Assembly (NCBI GenBank): GCA_958009085.1
Contig: OY253686.1
Location: forward strand, 62,001-126,000
Reading direction: 5' to 3'
Source: Protoeuglena noctilucae
Lineage: Eukaryota
Length of the DNA: 64,000 bases
In this document: in pieces, positions 1 through 12,204 of the stretch
Numbering within the stretch: position 1 is the first letter of the stretch
How the letters are laid out: each line of letters starts with the position of its first letter
Translations under genes and position numbers: made by a program
The notes under the pieces: model-generated
What the model was told of the DNA's origin: nothing
The model's database searches: none
The model's input: only the letters and a program-made list of their open reading frames with translations

Positions 1-2690
1 AGAGGGGGGTGGAGGGGAGAGCGGTGGGAAGGGGGAGGGGGAGGGGAGGGGCGGGGGCATGCAGGGGGAGAGTGCAGATGTGCGTGGGGGGGAGGTGCAT
101 GGGTCGGGGGGTGGTGGGGAGGGAGAGCGAGCGATGGGGTTGGATGCGGGTGAGGGTGCGGGTGGCAGTGCGGGTGTGGGTGGCAGTGCGGGTGGGGGAG
201 AGGCGAAGGGTGGGGCAGAGGTGGCGGATGTGGCATGGCAGGGAGTGGCTGATGTGCCTGAGAGTGCGGGGTCGTCACGTCCCATCGGGGGTGGCAATGG
301 TGGCCGCGGGTGTCGTGGCGAGGATGGGGCGGATGCGTGGTTTGGGGGCGTGCCTGGCGCAGCGCTGGTGGGGGTGGGGAGGGAGGGGGATGCGGGCGCG
401 GAGGGGCCGCTGGTCAAGGTGAGGATTGGAACATGCATGGGATGATCTATATGAGACTAGCAGCGTAGGTGACTGCTGAGCACTGACTGCGCTGTGCGTG
501 TAGTCGCATGTTGTATGTGCGCTCTTGCACTGTCGTGGCGACATGCGATGCGAGAGGCAGGACAGTTCTTACTACTAGTTATCACCATGCATGTCAACAT
601 GATATACTCTTTTGTATTCGCAATATCCGCAGAAGGGCAGTTTCCTGCGCGCTGCCATGGAGGCCCACCACCGCGCGGAGTGGGCCAGGGCAGAGCGGGC
701 GCGCATCGCGGCAGAGCTGAGAGCAGCAACAAATGGGGCAGCGAGTGGGACAGCGGGGGATGCGAGGAGCGGTGCGGGTGGCAAGCCTGCGGGGGGAAAG
801 GGGGATGTGGGCGGAGGGGCGGGGAGGGAGGGCAAGCGAGGGGCGGGGTTGGCGGTGCGGGCGGTGGGGCTGACGGAGGCAGAGCGTCAACTGATCGAAT
901 CGCTGCGGAAACTCGACATCGCCGCGATACGGTGAGAGCTACGGGAGGGTAGGGGGTGTGGGTGTGGGTGTGGGTGCTGACTTGAGCTGACCCTAACAAA
1001 TCTCTCACTGCACCTCTATCACATCCCCTCTCTTCGCATTTACCACCATCCATCCTTTCTTCCTCTTTCTCTCTCTCAGCAAGGGCGTGCGTGTGCGTGC
1101 GACCGACGCTGCCGTGGCGGCGGGGGCAGGGGCGGCGGGCGTGGCAGATTCCACGGCAGAGGCGCGGCTGCGGGCGAGCATCGAGGCACTGGACAGGGTG
1201 AGAGGGGTGGAGATGGATGCAGGGAGCATGAGAGTAGCATGGATGCAATGATTGTGACCATGGCACTGCAGCTGCAGAGGGCAAGTGACGCCGAACGCAC
1301 CGATTGCAAAGCGCATATGTATGACATATGCTGCTCTCCTAATGTTAACCACACACACACCCCAATTCTACCCCTTCCCCCCCCCCTCACCCCCAGGCCC
1401 TCCGCTCCCGCTCGCCCTCCCCGTCCCCCCACGCCCACGCCGCACCCTGGCTGGCCCCACCCCCCGCCCCCGCCACCCCCGCCCTCTCCGTCCGCTCCGC
1501 CCCACCCAACGCCGCCCCCGCCCTCCCCACCCCCGCCCCTCGCGCCCCCGCCCCTCCGCCCGTCGCCCCCGAGCGCAGTGCTCCCTCCCAGCCCCCCGCC
1601 AGCACCGCAGCGGCGAGGGTGGCGATGGGCGGCGGGCGGCAGCTGGGGCAGCGGCTGGCGAGGGAGGCTGCGGAGGTGCGGAGGACGCTGTCGGACCGAG
1701 CGAGGCGCGACGCGGGGGCAGCGAATGTCAGAAACAACGCAACTGGCAACGCAGCAGTGTCGGGGCAGATGCCGCAGATGCCAAACATGCCGCAGATGCC
1801 GTCTGCTTGGGTCGATGCGGCGGCGTGGCACGCGGCAGCGTTGCGACCGTCTGCCACCCCACCCCCGGGCTGGCAACCGCACCCGCACCCGCACCCGCAC
1901 ATGCAAATGCACTCGCACATGCACCCGCAAGTGCAAGCGAATGCCGTTCCCTGGGCCCAGGCTGCTGCTCAGAGTGCCTGGCACCCACAGCAATGGGCAG
2001 CGGCGGCGGAGATGGGGAGGGGCGCGCATCTTGGGCAACACGCACCCATGCCACCTAACTGGGCGTGGCCAGTTCCCAACACAGCCGGTGTTAGTAATGC
2101 TAATATTACTGCTAATGCGATTGGGAATGCGCCGCGCATGGCGTGGGGGTCGCGCACCCCCTCAGCCGCAGCCACGCCCGTCCCTGCATCACCCGACCGA
2201 GCGGAGTGGGCGGGCATGGATGGTGATGTTGACACCGCAACTGCCAGTGCCAGTGCTGTGCCGGTGGCGGGTGCCGTGCATGCGCCTTGGTCGCTGGGGC
2301 TGCAAGCTGCGATGGGGAATGGGCAGGGTGATGGTGGTGGGTATGGGTGGGGTGCGGGTGCGCGTGGGGGGGGTGGCGGGGGGTTTGGCAAGTGGGGTTG
2401 CTAATGGAGTGGCGCACATGCATCGGGAGCCCTATCCGCCTGAATTGGAGTCGCCTGCGAGGGGCGGGGGGGACGCATGGGGCGGGGGGAGGTGAGAGCT
2501 GAGGGGGGCGCATGTGGGGGTGGGGGGTGTGTGTGGGTGCGGCAGGGGCACAGCGCTGTCTAGTCATAACATATCACATCGTTGTGCTTCTGTCTGCAGG
2601 CCTTGGAAGGAGGCGGGTGGCGGGAGGGGCGGCAACGGTGGCGGTGTGATTCGCGTGCATGCAGACGTGCAGGCGCTGCTCAGGGCGTGA
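1..2690 (+). CDS. Hypothetical spliced protein (5' end probably upstream of the window); coiled-coil segment plus MPQ/HP low-complexity region
   Basis: Candidate exons with GT/GC donors and AG acceptors at ~1-418, 633-931, ~1080-1281, ~1611-2491 and ~2600 onward. They encode KGSFLRAAMEAHHRAEWARAERAR...LIESLRKL and QMPQMPNMPQMP/HPHPHPH. No family recognised. Confidence 0.45.
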
Positions 2691-2996
2691 AGAGAGAGAG
2701 AGAGATTGGAGGGCTGATGAGGGTATGAAGAGGGGTGACAGAGCTGCTGAGGGTGTGCGGCATGTGTCTTGTGACGTATGGCGGGGCTGCGGACGCGTGA
2801 CAGAGCGACGCAGCAGTGGTGGGGTCTTATATCATCTGAGGAATTAAAATACTCAGAATATACGCACTTGTGCTTATAATTGAATGGAAAGCGATGGCTG
2901 ATGACCCGCTTGCTGTCATGGTTGGTCACACAGCTCCCCTCATTTAGAGCCACTCCTCTGTGCCCACATTCAAACTCAAACACCCTGTTAATCAAA

Positions 2997-4770
2997 TCAA
3001 AACCTCACGTGCCGCAGCGTGGTGTGCCTCCTGGGTCCACCGCCCCCCGCAGCCACCGCCCCAGCAGGCGCATGCGGGGGGAGCGAAGCTCAGCTCTCAG
3101 GGACGACAGCGCCGACTTGTATCTGTCGGTAGAGGGAGAGAGAAAGCACATATGTTGCATATTGGCCATTGATATCACAGTCACTATGTTGTGGTAACTA
3201 GCAGCAGAGGTGAGCGGGGCAGTGGTGGGGATTGCGACGTGCGAGCAAGACACATTCGTGAATGAATGAATGTGACAATACAATGACAATACAATGAATG
3301 TGAACAGCTTTCCACTCTCCATCTCCCATCTCTCACCTCCCTGCTTTCTTCCCCATGACGGTCGCGAATGCGTGGAGGGCGAGGTAGGTGGCGTGGGACG
3401 CGGGCAGCCCCGGCCGGCACGCCACCCCCGTGCGTGCGGTGACAGCGCGGGCGCGGGGATTTGATCAGACGGGGGAGATAGGAAGCGGCCTGAGTTTGGA
3501 AAGGGAGGGAGAGATGGGTGAGAGTGAGATGGGTGAGAGTGATTGAGAGTGAGAGTGACAGTGAGAGTGGGTGAGAGTGGGTGTGAGAGTGGGAGCGGAT
3601 GAGGCGGGGGAGGTCGGAAGCGGCCTGAGCGGGGATGAGAGGGATGAGATGGGTGAGAGGGGGCGCAGTGAGGGGGGTGAGAAGGGTGGGGAGAGATGGG
3701 TGAGAGTGGGTGGGATGGGTGAGGTGAGGCGGCGAGATGGGGTGGGTAGAAGCGGTTAGCATGAGTGCNNNNNNNNNNNNNNNNNNNNNNNNNNNNNNNN
3801 NNNNNNNNNNNNNNNNNNNNNNNNNNNNNNNNNNNNNNNNNNNNNNNNNNNNNNNNNNNNNNNNNNNNNNNNNNNNNNNNNNNNNNNNNNNNNNNNNNNN
3901 NNNNNNNNNNNNNNNNNNNNNNNNNNNNNNNNNNNNNNNNNNNNNNNNNNNNNNNNNNNNNNNNNNNNAACAGGACCGGTACTCGCAGATAGGCTAGACT
4001 ACATCATGTGCTACGTCTGTCTCCTTTTGTGCGATACATCTCGCCTTCTCATGTAGCAGTAACACTCAGCAACGCTTAGTACCAGAAACACACCAGTAAC
4101 GCACTGGCAGTAACAACTCACCGGCGGTGTCGTGAGTTCGTGGCACGCCGCGTTGCCGGGCAAGGCCCCCCCCCCTCGGTAGCACATGCGGCCGGCCACC
4201 AGGACGTTTTCTGACGCGCCGGATGCCAGAAGGCGGGAGGCCACGGAGCCGACCAGGTTACTGCGAAGAGAGACGGGGTGGGTGATTGATTCCAGTGGGA
4301 GGACTGTTTTGACACTTTTAGATTTATGGACTTGAACTTGATGGATAGATTTATAGACTTGATGGGTAGGGCAGGCAGGGAGTCAGTGGGTGCACATGTG
4401 ACGGTGCTGTGAGAGTCGTGGAATGAATGGCGCTGTGGCTCACTCACCACACCGTGCCAGTCGCACGCAGGGTCGACCCCGCAGGGAGAAGGACAACACG
4501 CGCCGCGACGGCTGCGGACCCGTCGAGCACCCAGCACACGTCGCAGGGGCAGGGCGTGTTGGTAGAGGGAGGGACGCGAGAGGTGGGCGGTGCCTGGCAC
4601 GCGTCGGCCAGCGCCCGGGCCGCGGGGCCGGCGAGGGGCGAGTCGCGGAGGACGACGTTGACGATGGCCTGGCGAAGCGACAGGACGGGGCTCGGGAACA
4701 GGTGCTGCAGGACGCGGCAGGTGGGGGCGGGAAGGGCGAGAGCGGGTGCGGGCGCTGTCTCGCGCGACAT
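2997..4770 (-). CDS. TERT: Telomerase reverse transcriptase: N-terminal (TEN) exons at 4770-4122 and C-terminal extension exons at ~3490-2997; the central TRBD/RT region is missing in the gap
   Basis: Splicing exon 1 (ATG 4770, donor after 4448) to exon 2 gives CRVLQHLFPSPVLSLRQAI...TVCNLVGSVASRLLASGASENVLVAG, which matches the TEN motif (human [26 protein letters not shown]). The 3' exons give HATYLALHAFATVMGKKAGRYKSALSSLRAEL...LRGAVDP-RHTTLRHVRF*, which matches the plant TERT C-terminus (WLGLxAxxxVLKKKxSRY...AxD). Two 1-nt indels in C/G runs (~3457, ~3034) are needed. Confidence 0.82.
3769..3968. other. Assembly gap (200 N)
   Basis: Run of N. Confidence 1.
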
Positions 4771-5378
4771 CCTGCGGAGGGAGGCCTGTTGAGGCAATTA
4801 GACGATAGCTAAGGATGCATACGAGGTTGCGGGAGCATTCGCAGGGCCATTAACACGCGCTGCAGCGCACGCAAACGGCCTCGCAATTGCACGTCCTCGC
4901 CTGTGGCTCAGCGCCGCTGTCGGGGCCGATGGCGCGTATTTGGGCTTGTAAAGCCGTAGATATTAGCACAAAGTTACCATCCACCGCATTTGTGAGTCGA
5001 CAGAATGCTTGGCGCGGTGGTCTCGGGTCGTCTCGCGTCTACACACGCTGGGGTCGATCGCGTCGGACCCCGGGGCCCCCGCATCTAGACTAGGTCTGCA
5101 TCGGCACCGAAACCATCCAGAAAATCAGGCACTTCGTGACCAAGGGCGATTGAATCTCCAGCATCGTGGACAAGGGGCTGGCGAAATGTCAGAGCAGCGA
5201 GGAGCGCACTAGCAATCGCGATGGCTTGCCCGCTGCGCCCCCCTTTCTCCGTGTCTGCTGCCTGCTGGCATCCCTGCCCTGGAGGGCTGCGCAGCTGGCG
5301 TCTTTAGTTCCGCTGCATTGCACGGCAGGCCCCGTCGCACCTCGGCCGTCCCCGGCGCCGCATCGCTGTCCGTCCAGA

Positions 5379-7842
5379 TGTTCTCATTCGGGGCATCGTC
5401 CGCAGCGCAGGGATCCCCCGGTGAGAGGCTCACCGGGGCTGGTGCTTCGTGCGCGGGTGGCGGCATGCCTGCCGCTCGCGCCCCCGCACGTCCCGGTCCC
5501 TGATTCCTAGCTGACAGTAGTCTGTGTATAGACATTCGTCTTCGCAGCCTCGCGATCGCCCTCGCCGGCGCGTCGGGCCGTCGGACGGCAACGCTCGCTG
5601 CTGTGCTCTTCGATTTGCACCCAGCGCGGCCCCTTGCGCCTCCCCAATCCCTGCTTTCGATTTGTTTACCCTCACAGGTCTTTTTGGGGCCGCGGCGTCC
5701 TCTTCCGCGCCGTCCGCCTTCTCCTTCGGCGCTGCCGCGTCCACCGCCTCCCCGTCCTTCTCCTTTACCCCGCAAACCACCACGGCGCTGCAGCTGACGG
5801 GGCCGCAGGCGTCACCGGGAACCTTCCAGCTTGGCGCGCAGGCGAGCTCCGCGCCGCGCCCGGCTCCCAGCGCCGCCCCGACCCTCGCCGTGCCCACTCC
5901 AGATCGCCCCACTGCGCTGTGCAGGCCGCGGCATCGGCCGCGCCGTCGCTGCCGCCGCTGACGACGGCGGACGGCCGTCCCGCGAGCGGCGAGACGCGTT
6001 GGGAGGAGCTCAGCGAGGCGTCGAAGCGGTGGCTGCTGGGGGTGGAGGAGCGACTGATGGCCGAGCGCACCGAGAGCGCTGCTCTGGAGGCCTCCCTCGC
6101 AGCGGCGCGCGGGGCCACCCGTCGTGGCGTTGCGGACGACGCCCGCGCACTGCGGCAGCAGACGGAGGGCGCGCGCCTGGCCCTGTCGTCCGACGCGGCC
6201 GCGCTGGGTGCCCTGGAGGCGCGTGTGCGTGCCCTCCTGCACGGCGCAGAGTCTGCCGTTCGCCTGGCGGGCCGCGTGCGCGCGTGGCACGACCTGCGGG
6301 AGAACCGGGAACACGCGGCGCCGCTGCCGCCCCAGGCGATTGAGGATTTGCGCTTGCGGCACCCGCTTCCCAGCCCGGGGCTGGCGGGGGCGGTGCGGTG
6401 GTTCGAGGAGAGCGTGCGGGAGTGCCGGGGGTATCTGGAGTCGGTGGAGGGGGCGCTGAGGGCCAGCGGGGGGGCGGGGGGGCTGGGGGTGTCACCGGAC
6501 CAGGTGGGGGGTTGCGTGGGGGTGAAGCACAGCATGAAGAGTGCGCGTGGTAGAGGTGTCTGGCTCAACTGTCATGTTCACCATGCCTGCTTCACGTGTC
6601 ATATGTCTTCGGTTCAGCTGTGATGTGTCGTATTCACCTCATCTCGTCCACCGCGTCTCATCCCTCTCCCCTTCTCCCCCTCCCAGGTTGCCCGCGATCT
6701 TCCCCGCCTGGTGGAGGCGGTGCACGATCAGCTGGTGGCGGCGGCCGCGAGGGTGGAAAAGGTGGACGCGAGGGTGGGGGTGCTGCGTGAGGCGCACAAA
6801 GCGAGGATGCGGCAGAGGGGGAGGGACGAGGACCCATTCGCCAGCTACGAGGTGAGGGAATGAGTGGATGTATGGATGCGGTGGGGCTGTTTGGTGGATC
6901 TAGCGTTAATTGAGAGCGATGGGGTGTGTAGGGTTGCGATGCGCGGGTGGAGTGCAGGGCATAGGGAGGTGGAGTTGGTAGCACAGCTGCCCACACTGTG
7001 CATCGCAGGTAAGCAAGAGAGCACCGAACAACACCGTTCCTTCCATCCCATCCCCGCAGGGTTACGAGCACAGAGCCCCGCAGGTCCACCCCTCCCGCAT
7101 CCTCGCCACCACCCCCGCACGCGCCACCACCACCGCCCAGGCACCCGCTGCCGGCACACCCCTGGCCCTGCCTGCTCCCACGACATCTTCCGGAGGTCTC
7201 TTTGGCGCATCTGCCTCTGCTGCTGCCCCCGCATCTGCCGCGGCTGGGGCTGGGGGGTGGTCCTTTGGGGCCAGCTCATCGGGGGGTGGTCTCTTCGGTG
7301 CGTCAAGCAGTGCGGCTGCGACCGGTGGGGGCTTGTTTGGGGCTACAAGCGGTGCAGCGGCGAGCGGTGGTGGTTTGTTCGGTGCGACAAGCGGTGGTGC
7401 GACCACAACCGGGGGTCTGTTTGGGGCAGGGGCGTCGTCAGCTGCGGCTAGCGGTGGCTTTTCGTTCGGAGCAGCGACGCCGGGTGCGGGGAGCGGGGGA
7501 GCTGCGACAAGTGGGGGTCTGTTTGGGGGAGCGGGCGCGTCCACTCCCACCAGCAGCGCGGGTCTGTTTGGGGCAACGAGCAGTGCGGCTGCAGGTGGCG
7601 GTGGTGGTTTGTTCGGCGCTTCAACGGGCGCGGCTGCGGGTGGTGGTGGGCTGTTTGGTGCAACAAGCGGTGGGGCAGCTGCGAGTGGCGGTGGTGGGCT
7701 GTTCGGTGCAGGGGCGTCGTCGGCAGCGGCCAGCGGGGGCTTCTCATTCGGTGGGAGCACGCCTGCGGCCAGCAGCGGTAGTGGTGGCTTTTCCTTCGGG
7801 GCGCCGGCGCAGAGCTCCGGGGGCTTTGCGTTTGGGCGGTAG
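5379..7842 (+). CDS. NUP58: FG nucleoporin Nup58/Nup49-like
   Basis: Starts MFSFGA; has FSFG repeats and a helical domain beginning ETRWEELSEASKRWLLGVEE followed by a coiled coil and a DPF motif. The last exon (7060-7842) carries many GGLFG/FSFG repeats. About 5 exons. Confidence 0.75.
7190..7840 (+). repeat. Coding GGLFG(A) FG-repeat array
   Basis: Recurrent units of ~33-39 nt encoding (S/G)GGLFGA(T/G)S. Confidence 0.85.
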
Positions 7843-8386
7843 TGACGCGCGGTGCGTGGGAATGCACTTGTGGGTGTTGAGATGGGCATGTATTACACAT
7901 GGGGGGAGGGGTTACGTGCGGCGTTGCAGTAGCAGTTGTCACGGTGGCTTTGCACAGCCGTGGCTTCGCAAGCATTGCCGCTCTTGTTGTGACTTGCTTC
8001 AACGAGGTTGCGATGGCGAGATGGACAGAGAGCACGTGGGAGCAGCAGAATTGACCCCGCGATGTGCCGGGCGCCAGGAAACACAACGCGCAAGCTGTGC
8101 CAATGGCGCAGGCGATGCGGCGAGACGGAAAGGGCGGAACACGAAAAGAAGCCCCGAGTGCGATTGAATTGTCACACAACAACGGGGCTTGCGTGGTGGG
8201 ATGTTGTACGGATGACAGGGAACGGAGCGGCGATGTGTGTGCGTGGGTTGGGGAGTGGCGGCGTGCCCGGGCGTGACGATGCACTACCAAAATGATTGGT
8301 AGTAGTGGTGTCAATCGAGATAGTCGAGCCCGTCATCGATATCCGCATTTGTACCCTCATATTGCCCCCACTAGGTGTGTTGTGTC

Positions 8387-10634
8387 TCACGCCGGGTGTG
8401 CCTCAATGACCTTGAGGGTGGCGGAGGTATCGTGGATGTGGGCCAGTTTGAATCCAGCGCCGGCCAGGAGACTGGGGGGGTGGGGGAGGTGTGCAGGGAG
8501 TTGTTAGAGCGAGAAATGTAACCGTGGCTGTGAGAGGAGGTGCAGGGGTACCTAGCATGTGACGCTGTGACGATTGCGCAGGGTAACCCATCCCCGTTCG
8601 CCCCACTGGCAAAGCACAGAGCACCCCACTTGCAGTTCACCCCAACCCTCCCCCCCCCCCCCCCCCCCCCCTCACCTCTCGAACTCCTTGGCGTTCCGTT
8701 CCTTCCCGTTCAGCAGCAGCCCCATGTGAATGTCGATGAGCTTGGCGAACTGGGGAGTCGAGTCCTCCTTAACCACCTCCTCGATCAGAAAGAGCGCGCC
8801 GTCGTCACTCATGGCGCGGCGGATGTTGTGCAGGATCTGAAAGGGTTCGGGTGAGTTTAGATGAGTTAGCTGTGTGATAGTGGGGGCGACGAGTCAAAAC
8901 CTGTGCTGGTGGACAGTACAGTTAACTGGCCGTCTCCCCACTCACCGCAGTGCAATACCTCGTCACAGCACCCCCCCACACACTCATCCACACACCCCCC
9001 AAGTCACCCCCCACTCACCGTGGTGCTCGTCGTCCGGCCAGTCGTGGATGATGCGGCTCATGATGTAGGCGGGGTAGCCATGCGGCACATCTGTGAAGAA
9101 GTCGCCCTTTGCAGTGGACACGCGGCCGGCCACGTCAGGGGCGGGGCGGTACGCGTCAATCACCACGTCGCGGTCGAACTGGGGACAATAAGAGATGTCA
9201 ACTGTATGTTAGTATGTGATCAACAGCCGATGAGCAAGACATGATCAACAGTCGGTGAGCACGATGGTTTGACCACAAACACATCATGCCATCCCCGCCC
9301 GCACCAACCAGCCCTCTGCCCCTCCCCTCCCCCTCCCTCACCTGCACCACCCCCACGCCAACCCACCATGCTCTCCGCCCCTCTCTGCACCCTCACCTGC
9401 ACTCCCTTGACGTCCCCCGGCAGACTCCTCAGCAGCGCCTCCAGGATGACGCCCCCCCCGCACCCCACATCGATGATCGTGTGGCGGCCCTTGAGGGAGG
9501 CGAGGAAGGGGGCGCAGGAGGCGATGGGGGGGGCGGACAGGTAACCCATGGACTGCGCAGATGGGGTGTGTGTGTTTAGGGGTTTATGAGGGGTGTAGCG
9601 GAGAGAGGTAAGAGAGGTGAGGGGGTAACAGAGCGAGGGCGACAGCGAGAGGCAGCACATCCCATCACTTGCAAAACCTGCCCTGCACCACGCATGCCCT
9701 GCTGCACCCACACCCTCTCTCACCTTGAATGCCCGTGCCGTGTCGACGTCGCAGGTCCGCTCCACGGCCTCGAACAAGTTGGTGTCATTCGGGAAACCCT
9801 TGGCCATCTGGATCTCCCCCGTCTTGCAATAGTCCACGATGCCCTTGGCCCAGACGTCCTGGAAGGCGGGGCTGGTCTCCCACAGTACGCCGTCGCGGAT
9901 CGATGCGGGGTGCGACGCGCGCAGGACCTCCCCGAGCGGAGTGAGGCTGAACACGCGACGGTCGCCCTCCTCGCGCATCTCCAGAGCGCCCAGGCCCGCA
10001 GCGGCGCGCATAACGCGGCAGAGAGCGTCAGTGTCCGCACCCACCGCGCGCGCCACCTCCAGATCCGTCGCGCGGCCACCAGCGTCATGGATCGCGTCGG
10101 CGACCTTTAGCTCCGCGACCGCGCGAAGGACGTTCGCCCTCCTGAGTAGGCAGAGAGACGCAGCAACGTCGGATTAATGCACTTGCGGAGTCCGGCTAAA
10201 CACCATGCAGGAAGTCAAGAGCTTTTCTCCGCGTTACGTCCTCATGGGCCGCAGCCCACTGCGCCCGGCATGAGAAACGATCGCCGTAGGGCGCGCATGG
10301 AGCGCGTGCATTGGATCAGAACGCGCACATCGCACCAGTGCATCGTGGCGATCGCCATCGCCTCGCGCGCGGCCTCGAGGTGGGCCGTGGAAACTTCCGC
10401 CTGCGTATCCGCGGCCTGCGCACGCAGCGCGCTCATCATCCGCGGCGTGCGGGCCATCGGCGAGCGAGGAAGCGATCGCGACCGACGGAAAGCGACATCC
10501 TTGGCGGGAGCCGCGACCCCGCGGCCGAGCGCGCATTGCAGGGTCATGGTCATCGTCACAAAGGCAAACCGAAGCCGTTGCCAGCTTAGACGGGCATTCC
10601 TGGCGAAGCCTCACTCGTTCAACTCAGCCGCCAT
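8387..10634 (-). CDS. SAM-dependent O-methyltransferase (class II, COMT-like, with dimerisation domain)
   Basis: Motifs LKVADAI, LCRVMRAAAGLG, IIDVGCGGG, GDFF..VP, YIMSRIIHDWPDDE, GGKERN.KE; last exon LLAGAGFK...KVIEAHPA* (stop 8387). Start exon inferred. Confidence 0.88.
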
Positions 10635-10812
10635 GTTGACCAGCCCGCGCTTCAGAAGGCCCGAAGCAGCACAGCGCCAGCACGACGCCCGACGCGCTGC
10701 GGCACAGATGCGGCACAGCAGCATCTAATGTGCATCTAATGCGCTGCGCCCCAATGCTGAGACATCGTCAGGGCAAGGGCAGCATCCAGGTTGATGGATG
10801 CAGCTGTCAGCT

Positions 10813-11918
10813 TCATGCCGCAGCCATGGCGTCCAGGCATCCCTGGGCGGCGGCAGAGGCGCTGGCCGGGTTCTGCCCCGTGACGAGCCGCCCGTCGCGC
10901 ACGACATGGCACTGCCACGGCTCGCCTGCCTGAAACTCCGCCCCCAGCTCCTGCAGACACAGGCACAGCAGCGGTGACGGATGGGGGGTCATCACCCGTA
11001 GGGTGCCACTCGTTTAAGAGATGAGCAGACATGCAACATGCATGCAACACGACGTGGCGATAACCAGAGCAGCGCAGCGCACCTTAAGGCGGTCCTCGAG
11101 GAAGAAGGGCAGCGCATCGCGGGGCGTCTGGTTGGTCTCCTCCTCTGCATCCGTGAACCCAGTCACTCGCTTGCCACGCACCAAGGGCGCGCCGTCCGGG
11201 GCCTTGACGCTGGCCAGCGCGGCGGGGCCGTGGCACACGCCGCCGATGACCTTGTTGGCGGCGAAGGCGCGCGACATGCCGTCCGCGAGGGGGCCGTAGA
11301 AGGGCAGGTCGACATTCGCGGCGTGTCCCCCGGCGACGAACACGACGTCGTAGCTCGCCAGGTCAATCTCGGCGATCTTATGCGAGTGATCCAGCGACTC
11401 CCGCACCTTCGCGTCCTCCTGCGCGGAGAGACGATGCGCTTGGGTGGGTGCTGCTCATGCCTGCGTAACAACCACGTCCTCGTCGCGGACACACGGCAAC
11501 TTCGACCCTCGCAACCACGCCGAGTTCATTGGACAGCGATGAAGAGATCGCGACGGCCATCCTCGCCTTCATCCGCTTGCTGAGCTCCTCGCCCATCGCG
11601 TCCAGACCCTTGGGGTCCATCGGGACTTTTCCTCCGGCGACGCTAGCGATATCCACGTCTGGGTGCATGTAGTCGTGGTCGAGGTATCGAAACGAGGCAG
11701 CCGCGTTCCCTTCGAGGGGAACAGCTGCTGCAATCGCGGACCCCAGGCAGCTAAAACTCACCGAGACCCGCATCCGCGAATTTGAAGTAGGGCTCCAGAA
11801 CCTCAGAGAGCCACGCCCCGGACGGAGTTCCGGTATTCAGCTGCTCTGCGCTCGTGCAGATAATGCAGGCGCGGGGACGCGCGTACTGCGTGCCCCGTGT
11901 GTGCGCCCTCTCCTCCAT
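10813..11918 (-). CDS. DJ-1/PfpI (Hsp31/glyoxalase III-like) class I glutamine-amidotransferase-fold protein
   Basis: GAWLSEVLEPY (catalytic Glu), DIASVAGGKVPMDP, FVAGGH, GGVCHGPA (catalytic Cys), VTGFTDAEE, VVRDGRLVTGQNPASA. Confidence 0.92.
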
Positions 11919-12204
11919 GGTTGCTGCTGCTTGCTTCTCGACCGTGTCTTCCGTCGTCAACGATTGGTGATGGCATAATTGCCTGGCGATTGCGACGACG
12001 CCAGCTGAAATGCAGTGACACGCCAAGGCTTGCCCTAGCAAGGTCATCGTCCCGAGCCAGGTCTTTGGAGCGTCACCAAAACACAGCTCGTCAGTTCCTG
12101 CACAACAGAAGGTCGCTTGCGATTGCTTGATGAGAACCCTGTCGCCATCGACCCTCGCCGTCACCGCAGCCCGCCCAGCCCGAGCTCGGGGCATTCGCGC
12201 GCGA

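Noticed and set aside
7190..7840. Regularly spaced repeats resembling a CRISPR-like array
   Set aside because: They are in-frame coding FG repeats of the nucleoporin, with synonymous variation.
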